Positions 35,094 through 44,873 of a stretch of 56,967 nucleotides of DNA are shown in pieces (positions within the stretch are counted from its first letter, which is position 1; every line of letters begins with the position of its first letter). The DNA lies in the NCBI GenBank assembly GCA_027004715.1, contig JALTHG010000068.1:1-56967 (forward strand), read 5' to 3'. A program made the translations under genes and the position numbers. This stretch comes from Deltaproteobacteria bacterium. GTDB lineage: Bacteria; Desulfobacterota; Dissulfuribacteria; Dissulfuribacterales; UBA3076. Under the pieces are notes generated by a model. That model was given only the letters and a program-made list of their open reading frames with translations. It did not search any database and was not told where the DNA came from.

Positions 35094-35603
35094 CTAGTCT
35101 GAAGATTTTTTTGCCAGTAAGGATGCCAACTCGTCTTGAATAAACTTTATATGTCCATCAATTTCCTCTTTCGTGATGGTCTTTACGCTAGTGGCCTTGG
35201 ACTCGAGGTCCTGGAGGTCATGGGCAGTGGCCTTGTGGATCAAAAAGGTATCTACTTCTGTTCCTGGCAGACAATAACCACATCCCCCGACCGTACCCAG
35301 GAATTCATTATTCCAGAAAATAGGGACTGCAAACTTGGCAAAACCTGCATCGCATTCAATAATTACAGGTTGCCTTGTCTCTTTAGACTTATTAGTGGCA
35401 TGCTGGTTGGCTAGGGCACATATTGCACTTGCCCCCTGGGGTGTAGACTTTATAATCGGGCACAGGTCATTGGCCCAGGCGGTGAAAGAAGTTATGCGAA
35501 ATCCCTCTGTATTATATACGCTTGAGTTAAGGCCAGATCTCTTGTTTAAGGCCCTTTCCAGGGCCTCCCATTCTTCAACCGGTGCAATATCTGTCAGTTT
35601 CAT
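35094..35603 (-). CDS. Stand-alone PocR-type ligand-sensing domain protein
   Basis: 169 aa. LCPII...C...ECDAGFAKFAVPIF.NNEFLGTVGGCG matches the PocR sensory-domain core. Confidence 0.65.
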   Translation of the reverse strand: MKLTDIAPVEEWEALERALNKRSGLNSSVYNTEGFRITSFTAWANDLCPIIKSTPQGASAICALANQHATNKSKETRQPVIIECDAGFAKFAVPIFWNNEFLGTVGGCGYCLPGTEVDTFLIHKATAHDLQDLESKATSVKTITKEEIDGHIKFIQDELASLLAKKSSD

Positions 35604-35673
35604 ATTTTCTCCTTGAAGATTATGTCTGATATAGAAAGTCGATATAAATAATCACTTTTTGGTAAAATTCAAT

Positions 35674-35728
35674 GTAATTGTTTACATCCCCGTAGCCTCT
35701 TGACCGGGAGGGGAATGTGAACGGTTAC
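35674..35728. repeat. GTAAC-arm repeat family: short doublet
   Basis: GTAATTGTTTACATCCCC...GGGGAATGTGAACGGTTAC. Confidence 0.85.
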
Positions 35729-35830
35729 CTTTCAATAGGTCATGGCAACTTCTATAAGCGATCTCAAGACGATATTTTCTTTAAAATATCATATCTTTTC
35801 CAGTGTATCAACAGATAAATCGTATGACCG

Positions 35831-35868
35831 GAGACATGGACAGTTACAGAAGGGATGTGAACAGTTAC
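35831..35868 (+). repeat. GTAAC-arm repeat family: two tandem right arms
   Basis: GAGACATGGACAGTTAC aga AGGGATGTGAACAGTTAC. Confidence 0.7.
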
Positions 35869-35890
35869 GATAGATCCAGAGCCCTGTGAG

Positions 35891-35918
35891 TTGACATAAA
35901 TTCTGTTGACACTAAAAT
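35891..35918 (+). promoter_or_regulatory. Candidate sigma-70 promoter for DUF3842-cooT
   Basis: TTGACA (35891-35896), 16-nt spacer, TAAAAT (35913-35918). A second TTGACA lies at 35906-35911. Confidence 0.45.
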
Positions 35919-35966
35919 TTATTTAAAATATCTAGTCGACTCTGCCCTTCTGACTTGGGAAGGGCC

Positions 35967-36419
35967 ATGAATCGAATAGTCTCGAGGGATATATTGCCTA
36001 AACGGATCTGTATAATTGACGGCCAGGGTGGCGGCATTGGCGCAACTTTGATCAAGTATTTGAAAGAGGCCTATTGGGAGTCGATAGAGTTGATTGCCCT
36101 GGGGACAAATGCCATTGCCACGGCCCAGATGTTAAAAGCCGGGGCAAATAAGGGGGCATCTGGGGAAAATGCTATTTGTTGTACAGTACCTAAGGTAGAT
36201 TGCATTGTTGGACCAATCGCTATCACTTGGGCCAATGCCATGCTCGGTGAGGTGACCCCTCGCATAGCAGAGGCCATCATGTCCAGTCCTGCGATAAAGA
36301 TCCTCCTGCCGCTCTCGCAGGAAGAGGTTGAGATCGTGGGTGTGATCAAAGAGCCCCTGCCGCACTTAGTCCAGGCCGCAATGAAAGGAAAGCTCAGGGA
36401 GATATTAGACAATGTGTGA
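35967..36419 (+). CDS. DUF3842-family protein
   Basis: ICIIDGQGGGIGATLIKYLKE...ALGTNAIAT...GENAI signature recalled for DUF3842. ATG at 35967 preferred over TTG at 35955. Confidence 0.62.
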   Translation: MNRIVSRDILPKRICIIDGQGGGIGATLIKYLKEAYWESIELIALGTNAIATAQMLKAGANKGASGENAICCTVPKVDCIVGPIAITWANAMLGEVTPRIAEAIMSSPAIKILLPLSQEEVEIVGVIKEPLPHLVQAAMKGKLREILDNV

Positions 36420-36660
36420 AGCCAATGCATATTTAGTAAAAGATGGCCGAGAAGAATTGATCATGCAATCAGTGGATGTCATTGAGCCAGAAAAAGAAGA
36501 CGTCTGGCGTCTGGTCAACATCTTTGGTGATCAGAAGATCATCAAAGGGCACATCCAGAGGATGAACTTAGTAGACCACAGGATCTTATTCAAAGAATCT
36601 AGCCAGGCAGGCAACTCAAAGGCTGGACCAACAGACCCATCTGGGGAGACAACAAACTGA
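36412..36660 (+). CDS. cooT: CooT-family putative nickel-binding protein
   Basis: The N-terminal Met-Cys dyad MCEANAYL and small beta-rich protein (82 aa) are typical of CooT. 8-nt overlap with the upstream gene. Confidence 0.68.
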   Translation: MCEANAYLVKDGREELIMQSVDVIEPEKEDVWRLVNIFGDQKIIKGHIQRMNLVDHRILFKESSQAGNSKAGPTDPSGETTN

Positions 36661-36839
36661 GGTCCTTCGGCGTTTCATGTGGATTTCAGTAATCTACAGA
36701 AAACGTCGAGGACCCACAAGCACAAGAAGACTTTTTGTCAGATAGCAGTAGGTAAGCGGGTTATTCCAGGGCGGAAATTGCGAGCTTTTTGGAGGTGACA
36801 GGTTCATGTCCATGTGTAAATTTATTTTTTTGCCGATGG

Positions 36840-37265
36840 CTATTTAGTAGATCGTTGATAGTTGGGAAACTGGATTGTGATGATCTCTTTCTTGTTTATC
36901 TCTATGTTATTATTGTATAATAGCAGGCCCCTTCCAAAACAGTGCGGGAGGCGATAGATAACGCCACGGTAGTCCCTATTATTTACGGAAAATGTAACTT
37001 CTCTTCCACTATATTGCTTAAGACACTGAGAAAGCAGGCCCTGTCTCTGGACATCGGCATGGTGCAGGAGCAGGTAACGGATATTACATAGGTCTTTTGT
37101 TGTCTTGCCTATAGCAGGTCCACCTGCGTCCAATACCTCGCATCTAATTGTGATACTCTGAGAAACTGCGGGCGTAGATATGAGAAGAGGGAGTAATATC
37201 AAAAATATCCTGATTTTTAGGCCCCTGAGCCCTTGTCTTTTGTGTCTGCATGACGATATCTTCAT
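36840..37265 (-). CDS. Hypothetical secreted protein (signal peptide, AT-rich gene)
   Basis: 141 aa. N-terminal KIRIFLILLPLLISTPAVSQS signal-like segment. I recognise no family. Flanked by inverted repeats. Confidence 0.45.
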   Translation of the reverse strand: MKISSCRHKRQGLRGLKIRIFLILLPLLISTPAVSQSITIRCEVLDAGGPAIGKTTKDLCNIRYLLLHHADVQRQGLLSQCLKQYSGREVTFSVNNRDYRGVIYRLPHCFGRGLLLYNNNIEINKKEIITIQFPNYQRSTK

Positions 37266-37285
37266 AACTGTTCATGTTCTCCCCC
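37265..37285 (+). repeat. GTAAC-arm repeat family: left-arm-like remnant abutting a start codon
   Basis: TAACTGTTCATGTTCTCCCCC. Confidence 0.45.
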
Positions 37286-37355
37286 TCTAACTTGTCTTTT
37301 ATCACCTGAGACCAAAAGGCATGACCTTAGAAAGGCCATGCCCTGTACAGATTAT

Positions 37356-37474
37356 GCACTTCAAATGCCGAACAGAATGATTTCTTTTATAATTCCAGTA
37401 GATTATCGTGCATTTGAAGCCCAAGGGGCTCGCAATTTCACTGAATCTGCTGCCTTGTCGGGCATTTGAAGTAG
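37356..37474. promoter_or_regulatory. Three phased copies of a 13-bp palindromic motif GCA(C/T)TT(C/G)AA(A/G)(T/C)(G/C/A)(C/G)
   Basis: GCACTTCAAATGC (37356-37368), GCATTTGAAGCCC (37410-37422) and GCATTTGAAGTAG (37462-37474). Centres are 54 and 52 bp apart, upstream of the minus-strand 141-aa gene. Confidence 0.4.
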
Positions 37475-37546
37475 CATATACGTCTCATGCCCTCCGCTTG
37501 CACCTAACTGCGAGCTGCATAATCCGGGATTATAATTTCAATGGTA

Positions 37547-38821
37547 TTATAGACCTATATTACCTATATATGCCCTTTCCTTTTCTGATAAGATGCCTAG
37601 TGAGAGACAGATCACAGTCCAGAGATGGACGGTCTTATATTTACCACCATATTTCTCACAGAGATCCAATATCTGAGAAAGACAGTTTTCACAGGGGGTA
37701 ATGACTATATCTGCACCTGTCTCCATAATCTGATTAAATTTGGTCCTCCCATATCTCCTGCGTTCCTCAGAATAAGGGGCCTGCAATGCACCGCTTCCAC
37801 CACCACAGCAGTAGTTGTCTGACTTATTGGGGTACATATCCACAAAGTTCTCTTCCCCTACGCACTTTTTTATTACAAAACGCAGGTCCTCTGCAATAGG
37901 GTCTCCCAGGGACTGCCTCACCAACTTACAGGGATCTTGCACAGTAAACTTCAGGCCGTCTTTGTTCCAGTCAGCATTTACCTTTAGCTTTCCCTCCCTG
38001 ATCCATTTTGCATATAGCTCGATTATACTCTTAAACTCAAACCTGTGAGGTATGTTAAATTTCTTTAATCCGGCATACATTGCATGGAATGAATGACCAC
38101 ACTCTGTATTTACAAGTACCTTACATCCCAGATCATCTACCTTTTTGGCCAGAGTCCTGACAGTATATTCCCAGTTCTTATCGTCTGCAAGAAACATACA
38201 ATAGTTCTCTCCACCCCACATCTCTGAGGGATAAGTCCAGTCAGCCCCCACTATATGCAGGATCCTCCACAAAGGCACCATCTCTTCTGGCTCTGTAACA
38301 GGCTCTCTGGAGTTTTGATTGAGGCAATAATAGGCCCCCTCTTTATCTATAGGGGCCTGGAGGTCTTCCCAGCCAGGTTCTTGCCTGAATTCCTCCAGGA
38401 CATCATTTATTACAAATATCCAATCTTCTTTTGAGATACCCATGGCCCCGCCTGTCTTGACATGAAAATCACACGACCTACGGATGCCAGTGGGCCTCTT
38501 GTCTCTTGGCCACATCGCACGGACTTCATAGACTAATTTTGGGATATCAATCTTCATGGGGCAGGCGTATACACATCTGCTACATATAGTACACATCCAT
38601 ACCCATGGGGTACTGAGTATCTCATCATCTAGACCAAGAACTGCCATCCTCAGGAATTTCCTGGGGTCTAAACCCTCAAGACCTGAAGCTGGACAGCCAG
38701 ATACACAACATCCACAGGTAAGGCAAAGATCAAGGTTGCCACCTTCTGGCAAGATGGCCTTTACTTTGTCCAAAAGTTCTGTCTTTCTCTCTGATAAATC
38801 TATAGCCATTCCTACGTCCAT
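37547..38821 (-). CDS. HdrD/DsrK/GlpC-type (Fe-S)-binding protein with two 4Fe-4S motifs and CCG domains
   Basis: CLTCGCCVSGCP and CTICSRCVYACP ferredoxin motifs, and the CCG-domain signature YCCGGGSG...TPCENC. GGGAGG lies upstream of the ATG. Confidence 0.8.
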   Translation of the reverse strand: MDVGMAIDLSERKTELLDKVKAILPEGGNLDLCLTCGCCVSGCPASGLEGLDPRKFLRMAVLGLDDEILSTPWVWMCTICSRCVYACPMKIDIPKLVYEVRAMWPRDKRPTGIRRSCDFHVKTGGAMGISKEDWIFVINDVLEEFRQEPGWEDLQAPIDKEGAYYCLNQNSREPVTEPEEMVPLWRILHIVGADWTYPSEMWGGENYCMFLADDKNWEYTVRTLAKKVDDLGCKVLVNTECGHSFHAMYAGLKKFNIPHRFEFKSIIELYAKWIREGKLKVNADWNKDGLKFTVQDPCKLVRQSLGDPIAEDLRFVIKKCVGEENFVDMYPNKSDNYCCGGGSGALQAPYSEERRRYGRTKFNQIMETGADIVITPCENCLSQILDLCEKYGGKYKTVHLWTVICLSLGILSEKERAYIGNIGL

Positions 38822-38952
38822 CTCAGCCTCCCAATCTTTGTAAATCTATGACCTCTAAGTCAAATCTCTCTAACAGGATAACATAAATTGATCTCTATCT
38901 ATAACACACAATATGATCAAAAAAAAGATTTCATTTCTTATTTTTTAAGGTT

Positions 38953-39020
38953 GGCCCTTGAAGCGTTCATGTCCCTCCTGTTACCCCGTCCACATCTCTG
39001 GCCAGGAGGGAAATAGTTAC
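38953..39020. repeat. GTAAC-arm repeat family: degenerate composite copy
   Basis: GGCCCTTGAAGCGTTCATGTCCC..CTGTTACCCCGTCCACATCTCTGGCCAGGAGGGAAATAGTTAC. Confidence 0.5.
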
Positions 39021-39121
39021 CTTTTGACATATTGATGCTTAGAGGGTAACTTTTTGTAACTTTTCAGTAAATCAAGCACCTTGCAGGATGCTACTTCATT
39101 CTGTCCAGGAGGCTACAGACA

Positions 39122-39781
39122 TTGAAGGATAGGGTCGATATAGAGGAAGAACTCCGCTTTCTGGGTCTGCTTGATAAGGCCAGAGAGATCTATGCCGAGT
39201 TAGGGAGCAAGGCACTTTTATCTTACATAAAGTCTAGTTATCGCCTCTTGAGTAAGGTCTATCATCCAGACCTGAATCCAAAAAATATAGATAAGGCAAA
39301 GATTACTCAACAGAGACTCAATAGGCTCAGTAACATCCTCAGCCATATGAGAGATGAAGAGCTCATTGAATCGATCACAAAGGGGGCCAAAAAGACCAGA
39401 AAGAGGAAAAAAAAGATATTGATTGTCGAAGACGAGTTCGGTCTCCAGGAGACATTCAGAGATATATTCCTCATGGAGGGCTACGATGTCAGGATTGCTG
39501 TGGATGGACTGGATGGCTATAAAATTTATTGCCAATTTGAACCAGACCTGGTCTTTACTGATGTCATAATGCCAAAGATGAATGGCTTAGAATTCGTAAG
39601 GAAGCTCAGAGAACTAAATCCACATATCAAAGTAATCTATATCAGTGGCTTCTTTGGGATAGACAAACTAAAACGGGAACTTGATGAAGACATCCTGAGA
39701 TATGGATACCCCACTCTCTCAAAGCCATTTAAGGTGAGCCAGATGTTGGATCTGGTCAAAAACTACCTGGAGACCTGCTAA
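39122..39781 (+). CDS. J-domain-like N-terminus fused to a CheY-like receiver domain
   Basis: SYRLLSKVYHPDLNP (HPD) followed by KILIVEDE...LVFTDVIMPKMNG...YISGF...LSKPF receiver motifs. TTG start with AGGAGG 9 nt upstream. Confidence 0.7.
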   Translation: MKDRVDIEEELRFLGLLDKAREIYAELGSKALLSYIKSSYRLLSKVYHPDLNPKNIDKAKITQQRLNRLSNILSHMRDEELIESITKGAKKTRKRKKKILIVEDEFGLQETFRDIFLMEGYDVRIAVDGLDGYKIYCQFEPDLVFTDVIMPKMNGLEFVRKLRELNPHIKVIYISGFFGIDKLKRELDEDILRYGYPTLSKPFKVSQMLDLVKNYLETC

Positions 39782-39800
39782 AAATAGCATATCCAGCCGT

Positions 39801-39830
39801 GGGCCTTTGAGGGGTTTCAGTGCAGATTGA
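39801..39830 (-). repeat. GTAAC-arm repeat family: core fragment in reverse orientation
   Basis: GGGCCTTTGAGGGGTTTCAGTGCAGATTGA is the reverse complement of the TTAATCTGC.CTGAAACCCCTCAAAGG part of the long-form core. Confidence 0.7.
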
Positions 39831-39844
39831 CTGTGTATAGTATA

Positions 39845-40786
39845 TCACTTTATCCCCCTAAGATACTTCATCAGGTCCCCGTCTGTAGATATCACCAATG
39901 TAGTGTTGTTATCCAGGATCTTCAGATAGCTCTTCATAGTCCTGATAAATTGATAAAACTTGGGATCTTTCTTATAGGCATCGGCATAGATGTCTGCTGC
40001 ACGTGCATCGGCCTTGCCTCTTATCTCCTGAGCCTTGCGATAGGCCTCAGACCTGATAGTCCTCAGTTCTCGATCTTTTTCTCCTGAGATCCTTGCTGCC
40101 TCTCCTGCACCCTCGGAACGGAAGCGCTCGGCAATGCGTTTCCTTTCAGAGATCATCCTGGCGTAGACCTCTTTCCTTACTGCATCTACATAGTTGATCC
40201 GTTTAAACCTGAAATCCAGTATCTTTATGCCGAGCTCTTTTGTACGTGCAGATGCAGCCTTCAACACCTCTTTTGCCAGCTCTTCCCTGCCAAAGTGGAT
40301 AGGCCTTAAGGCCTCTGTATTGCTGCTCAATCCCCATGTGGAATTAGTACTGGTCAGACCCTTTGGATTTGTACTCCTTACCAGCTCTATCAGGTCATGT
40401 TTTGCCACGACATTCCTGGTCTCACCATCCAGGATGTCATCCAGTCTGGACTGGGCCCTGCGCTCGTCTCTCAGACGCTGAAAGAAGAGGAGAGGATCAC
40501 TTATGCACCAACGGGCATAGGTATCTACCCAGATAAATCTCTTATCCTTTGTTGGAATCTGGTTGGGATTACCATCCCAGGCCATAAAGCGCTTGTCAAA
40601 ATAATTGACTGTCTGAATAAAGGGGAGCTTCATGTGCAGCCCTGCCTCAGTTATAGGCCTTCCTACAGGTTTCCCGAACTGGGTGATGATTGCCTGTTGC
40701 GTCTCGTTTACAGTAAAAAAGGTGCCCCCTAATATAGATATGGCAATAATCGCGGCCATCAAAAGGATACTAGATAGAACCTTCAT
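39845..40786 (-). CDS. hflC: FtsH protease modulator HflC (SPFH/band-7)
   Basis: N-terminal TM, SPFH domain, downstream of and overlapping hflK. Confidence 0.88.
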   Translation of the reverse strand: MKVLSSILLMAAIIAISILGGTFFTVNETQQAIITQFGKPVGRPITEAGLHMKLPFIQTVNYFDKRFMAWDGNPNQIPTKDKRFIWVDTYARWCISDPLLFFQRLRDERRAQSRLDDILDGETRNVVAKHDLIELVRSTNPKGLTSTNSTWGLSSNTEALRPIHFGREELAKEVLKAASARTKELGIKILDFRFKRINYVDAVRKEVYARMISERKRIAERFRSEGAGEAARISGEKDRELRTIRSEAYRKAQEIRGKADARAADIYADAYKKDPKFYQFIRTMKSYLKILDNNTTLVISTDGDLMKYLRGIK

Positions 40787-41769
40787 GGCCTTACCCCTGC
40801 ATTCATGGAGAAGAGCGGAAGGAGACCCTTTATCTCTCTATCTACAATTATTTTGTGTCTAATCTTTGGATAGATAGCATCCATTGTCTCTAGATATATC
40901 CTCCTCTCAGTCACCTCTGGAGACCTCTCATATGCCTTTCTTATAGATTCAAAGAACTGGGCATCTCCCATAGCACGATTTATGCGCTCTGTGGCATATC
41001 CCCTGGCCTCTTCTATGATCTGGAGGGCCTTTCCTCTGGCCCTTGGAATAACCCGGTTATATGCCGCCTTGGCATTGTTGATCATTTTTTCTCGCTCCTG
41101 TTGCGCCTGATTCACTTCATTAAAGGAAGGCTTTACTGGATCAGGGGGATTTACATTTTGAAGCACGACCTGATCTACTGCTATCCCCATCTCATACTCA
41201 TTACAGAGCTTCTGAAGGCGTGTCTTTACTTCATCGGCTATTTCTTGTCTCCCTACAGTAAGGACATCATTTACTGTCTTGTCCCCTACGACCTCCCTCA
41301 TTATTGCCTCATTCATATCTCTAAAGGTAGCCCTCTGATCTCTGACCCTGACCAAAAATTTATAGGGATCTCTGATACGGTACTGAGTAGACCAGTCTAC
41401 TACAGCGACATTCAGGTCACCAGTAAGCATCAGGGACTCATTTTTGAGGTCACGTGAGGCATACCGTGTCCGGACACCAGCCAGTTCAGTACGAAAACCA
41501 AATTCTTCTTTTAGCTGGCGCTGTACAGGTACCTTGACGACCTTTTCTATTGGGTCAGGCAGCTTAAAATTCAGGCCTGGAGGTGCCTCTCTGACATATC
41601 TGCCAAAGCGAAAGACCACCCCAACCTCTTCTGGTTCCACTGTAAACCACAGGTTCCAGAAGATGATTGCTACCAGTACTACTCCAATTATCCCTATTAT
41701 AGAGCTCAACTTCAGACCAGAAGGTATAAGGTGATGTAGATCTGTATTACTCAGTCTTTGTGGGTCCAT
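40783..41769 (-). CDS. hflK: FtsH protease modulator HflK (SPFH/band-7)
   Basis: TM plus SPFH domain. GVVFRFGRY...GLNFK.P motif. ATGA overlap with hflC. Confidence 0.88.
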   Translation of the reverse strand: MDPQRLSNTDLHHLIPSGLKLSSIIGIIGVVLVAIIFWNLWFTVEPEEVGVVFRFGRYVREAPPGLNFKLPDPIEKVVKVPVQRQLKEEFGFRTELAGVRTRYASRDLKNESLMLTGDLNVAVVDWSTQYRIRDPYKFLVRVRDQRATFRDMNEAIMREVVGDKTVNDVLTVGRQEIADEVKTRLQKLCNEYEMGIAVDQVVLQNVNPPDPVKPSFNEVNQAQQEREKMINNAKAAYNRVIPRARGKALQIIEEARGYATERINRAMGDAQFFESIRKAYERSPEVTERRIYLETMDAIYPKIRHKIIVDREIKGLLPLFSMNAGVRP

Positions 41770-41807
41770 TAAAATCCTCCATCTTCTCGCTTGGCGAGAA
41801 ACAATAA

Positions 41808-43520
<1,713 letters not shown>

Positions 43521-43522
43521 TT

Positions 43523-43555
43523 AAAGGCCACTGCCTCGGGGATGTAAACAATTAC
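43523..43555 (+). repeat. GTAAC-arm repeat family: right end only (core tail plus right arm)
   Basis: AAAGGCCACTGCCTCGGGGATGTAAACAATTAC, between convergent pgm and the TPR gene. Confidence 0.7.
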
Positions 43556-43556
43556 A

Positions 43557-44873
43557 TTACATCTGGTGTAGGGCCCTCTCTGCAGTGTGTCTCTGCTCAG
43601 GATACCTTGCGGCACGGATAAAGGCCTGACGTGATCTTACTGTCTCCCTTGCATTCCAGGCCGCATAGCCTGCCATGAGCCAGGACCTACCTGGGTCTAT
43701 ACCCTTACGTGCTGCTGCCTCAAATGCATCTGCTGCCTCCCGATATCTTGCCAGCCCATAGAGTAGATCTCCCTTGAGGAGCATGAGCTTGGGGTCTCCC
43801 CTTTTTAGGAGGCCTTTTTCAACCCATTTGAGTGCATCTTTTGGTTGGTGGATCCGGATATAGCCCTGTGCAATCCTGTATGCGAGGTCTGAATCAAACC
43901 CCTTAGAGGCAATTTTTCTATAGAATCTCAGTGCCTGGACTGGAATACCCAGAGACATATTCAGGTCAGCGACTATCCTGGTCTCCTGCGGCATAAGGGG
44001 TCTAATAAGGCCCTTTACAGTTAAGGCCACCAGGGCAGGTCTGTATTGGTTTTTCCTGAGATATATATATGCCAGACCCTTCCACCACTCTGGCTCTAAT
44101 GGATACTCCTGGATCAGTTGATTTGCATATCTAAGGGCCCTGTCCTCCATACCAAGGGAGATATATTCCTGTAAGCGAATTTTCTGCCACTGCTTCTGCC
44201 TCTTTCCTGTGGTCTCTTCAGAGAGCTCTTCAATAAAGGGCAGGGCCTCCCTGGGACGATTACAGGCAAGATAGGCCTGGACGATTGCCTCTTTCCACTC
44301 CAGTTTTATTGCACTCGGATGGAGTCGCATGAGGCGCTCAAGGACCTCAAGGGCCTTTTTGTCCTCTCCTGCATTCAAGAAACAGATTGCTGCATAGTAG
44401 AGCCTCTCTGGCCTCTTTTTCTCAGCGGTCTTGTATCCCTTCAGAAATGCCCGTCCTGCCTCTGGATATGCCTTCATATCATAGTAACACTTACCCAGAT
44501 TCATCCATGCAGGGTCAAATTCAGGCCTGGCGGCAAGTGCCAGTCGGTATTGATCTATTGCATCTACATACCTTCCGGCCTTCAGATAACAATTACCCAG
44601 GACAAAGTCTACCATGTAATTCCTGTATTCCCTGGAATTGCGTGCTGTGAGTCTGCCCTTTCTCTGAAATCTCTCAAGGACCCTGGCTGCCTCTGTGAAT
44701 CTTCCTCTTTTCATGAGCTCTTGAGCCCTGTAAATGACCACACGAGCGTGTAGAGGGATGTCATCCACTCGATATCCATAGGTAGGTACAGAGACTAAAA
44801 GTCCCAATAGCATAAAGAAGATAGCTATATATCTCTGGCCAGGCATATACACTATCCTATTTTTTGAGCTCAA
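43557..44873 (-). CDS. TPR-repeat protein (TtpD-like last gene of the TonB2-type operon)
   Basis: Signal/TM plus multiple 34-aa TPR-like repeats. 17-nt overlap with tonB. Confidence 0.75.
   Translation of the reverse strand: MSSKNRIVYMPGQRYIAIFFMLLGLLVSVPTYGYRVDDIPLHARVVIYRAQELMKRGRFTEAARVLERFQRKGRLTARNSREYRNYMVDFVLGNCYLKAGRYVDAIDQYRLALAARPEFDPAWMNLGKCYYDMKAYPEAGRAFLKGYKTAEKKRPERLYYAAICFLNAGEDKKALEVLERLMRLHPSAIKLEWKEAIVQAYLACNRPREALPFIEELSEETTGKRQKQWQKIRLQEYISLGMEDRALRYANQLIQEYPLEPEWWKGLAYIYLRKNQYRPALVALTVKGLIRPLMPQETRIVADLNMSLGIPVQALRFYRKIASKGFDSDLAYRIAQGYIRIHQPKDALKWVEKGLLKRGDPKLMLLKGDLLYGLARYREAADAFEAAARKGIDPGRSWLMAGYAAWNARETVRSRQAFIRAARYPEQRHTAERALHQM

Noticed and set aside
11371-35728. 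Target-site duplications flanking complete repeat doublets.
   Set aside because: Flanks of the copies at 11371, 13790, 17554 and 18461 show no direct repeat. Only a 6-bp TTCAAT match, offset by 2 nt, flanks the copy at 35674, which is within chance. The transposition mechanism therefore cannot be inferred from TSDs.
37408-37701. Plus-strand 97-aa ORF spanning the leader region and the 3' end of the HdrD-like gene.
   Set aside because: It overlaps the well-supported minus-strand HdrD-like CDS and the palindrome array, has no SD and is not a recognisable protein.
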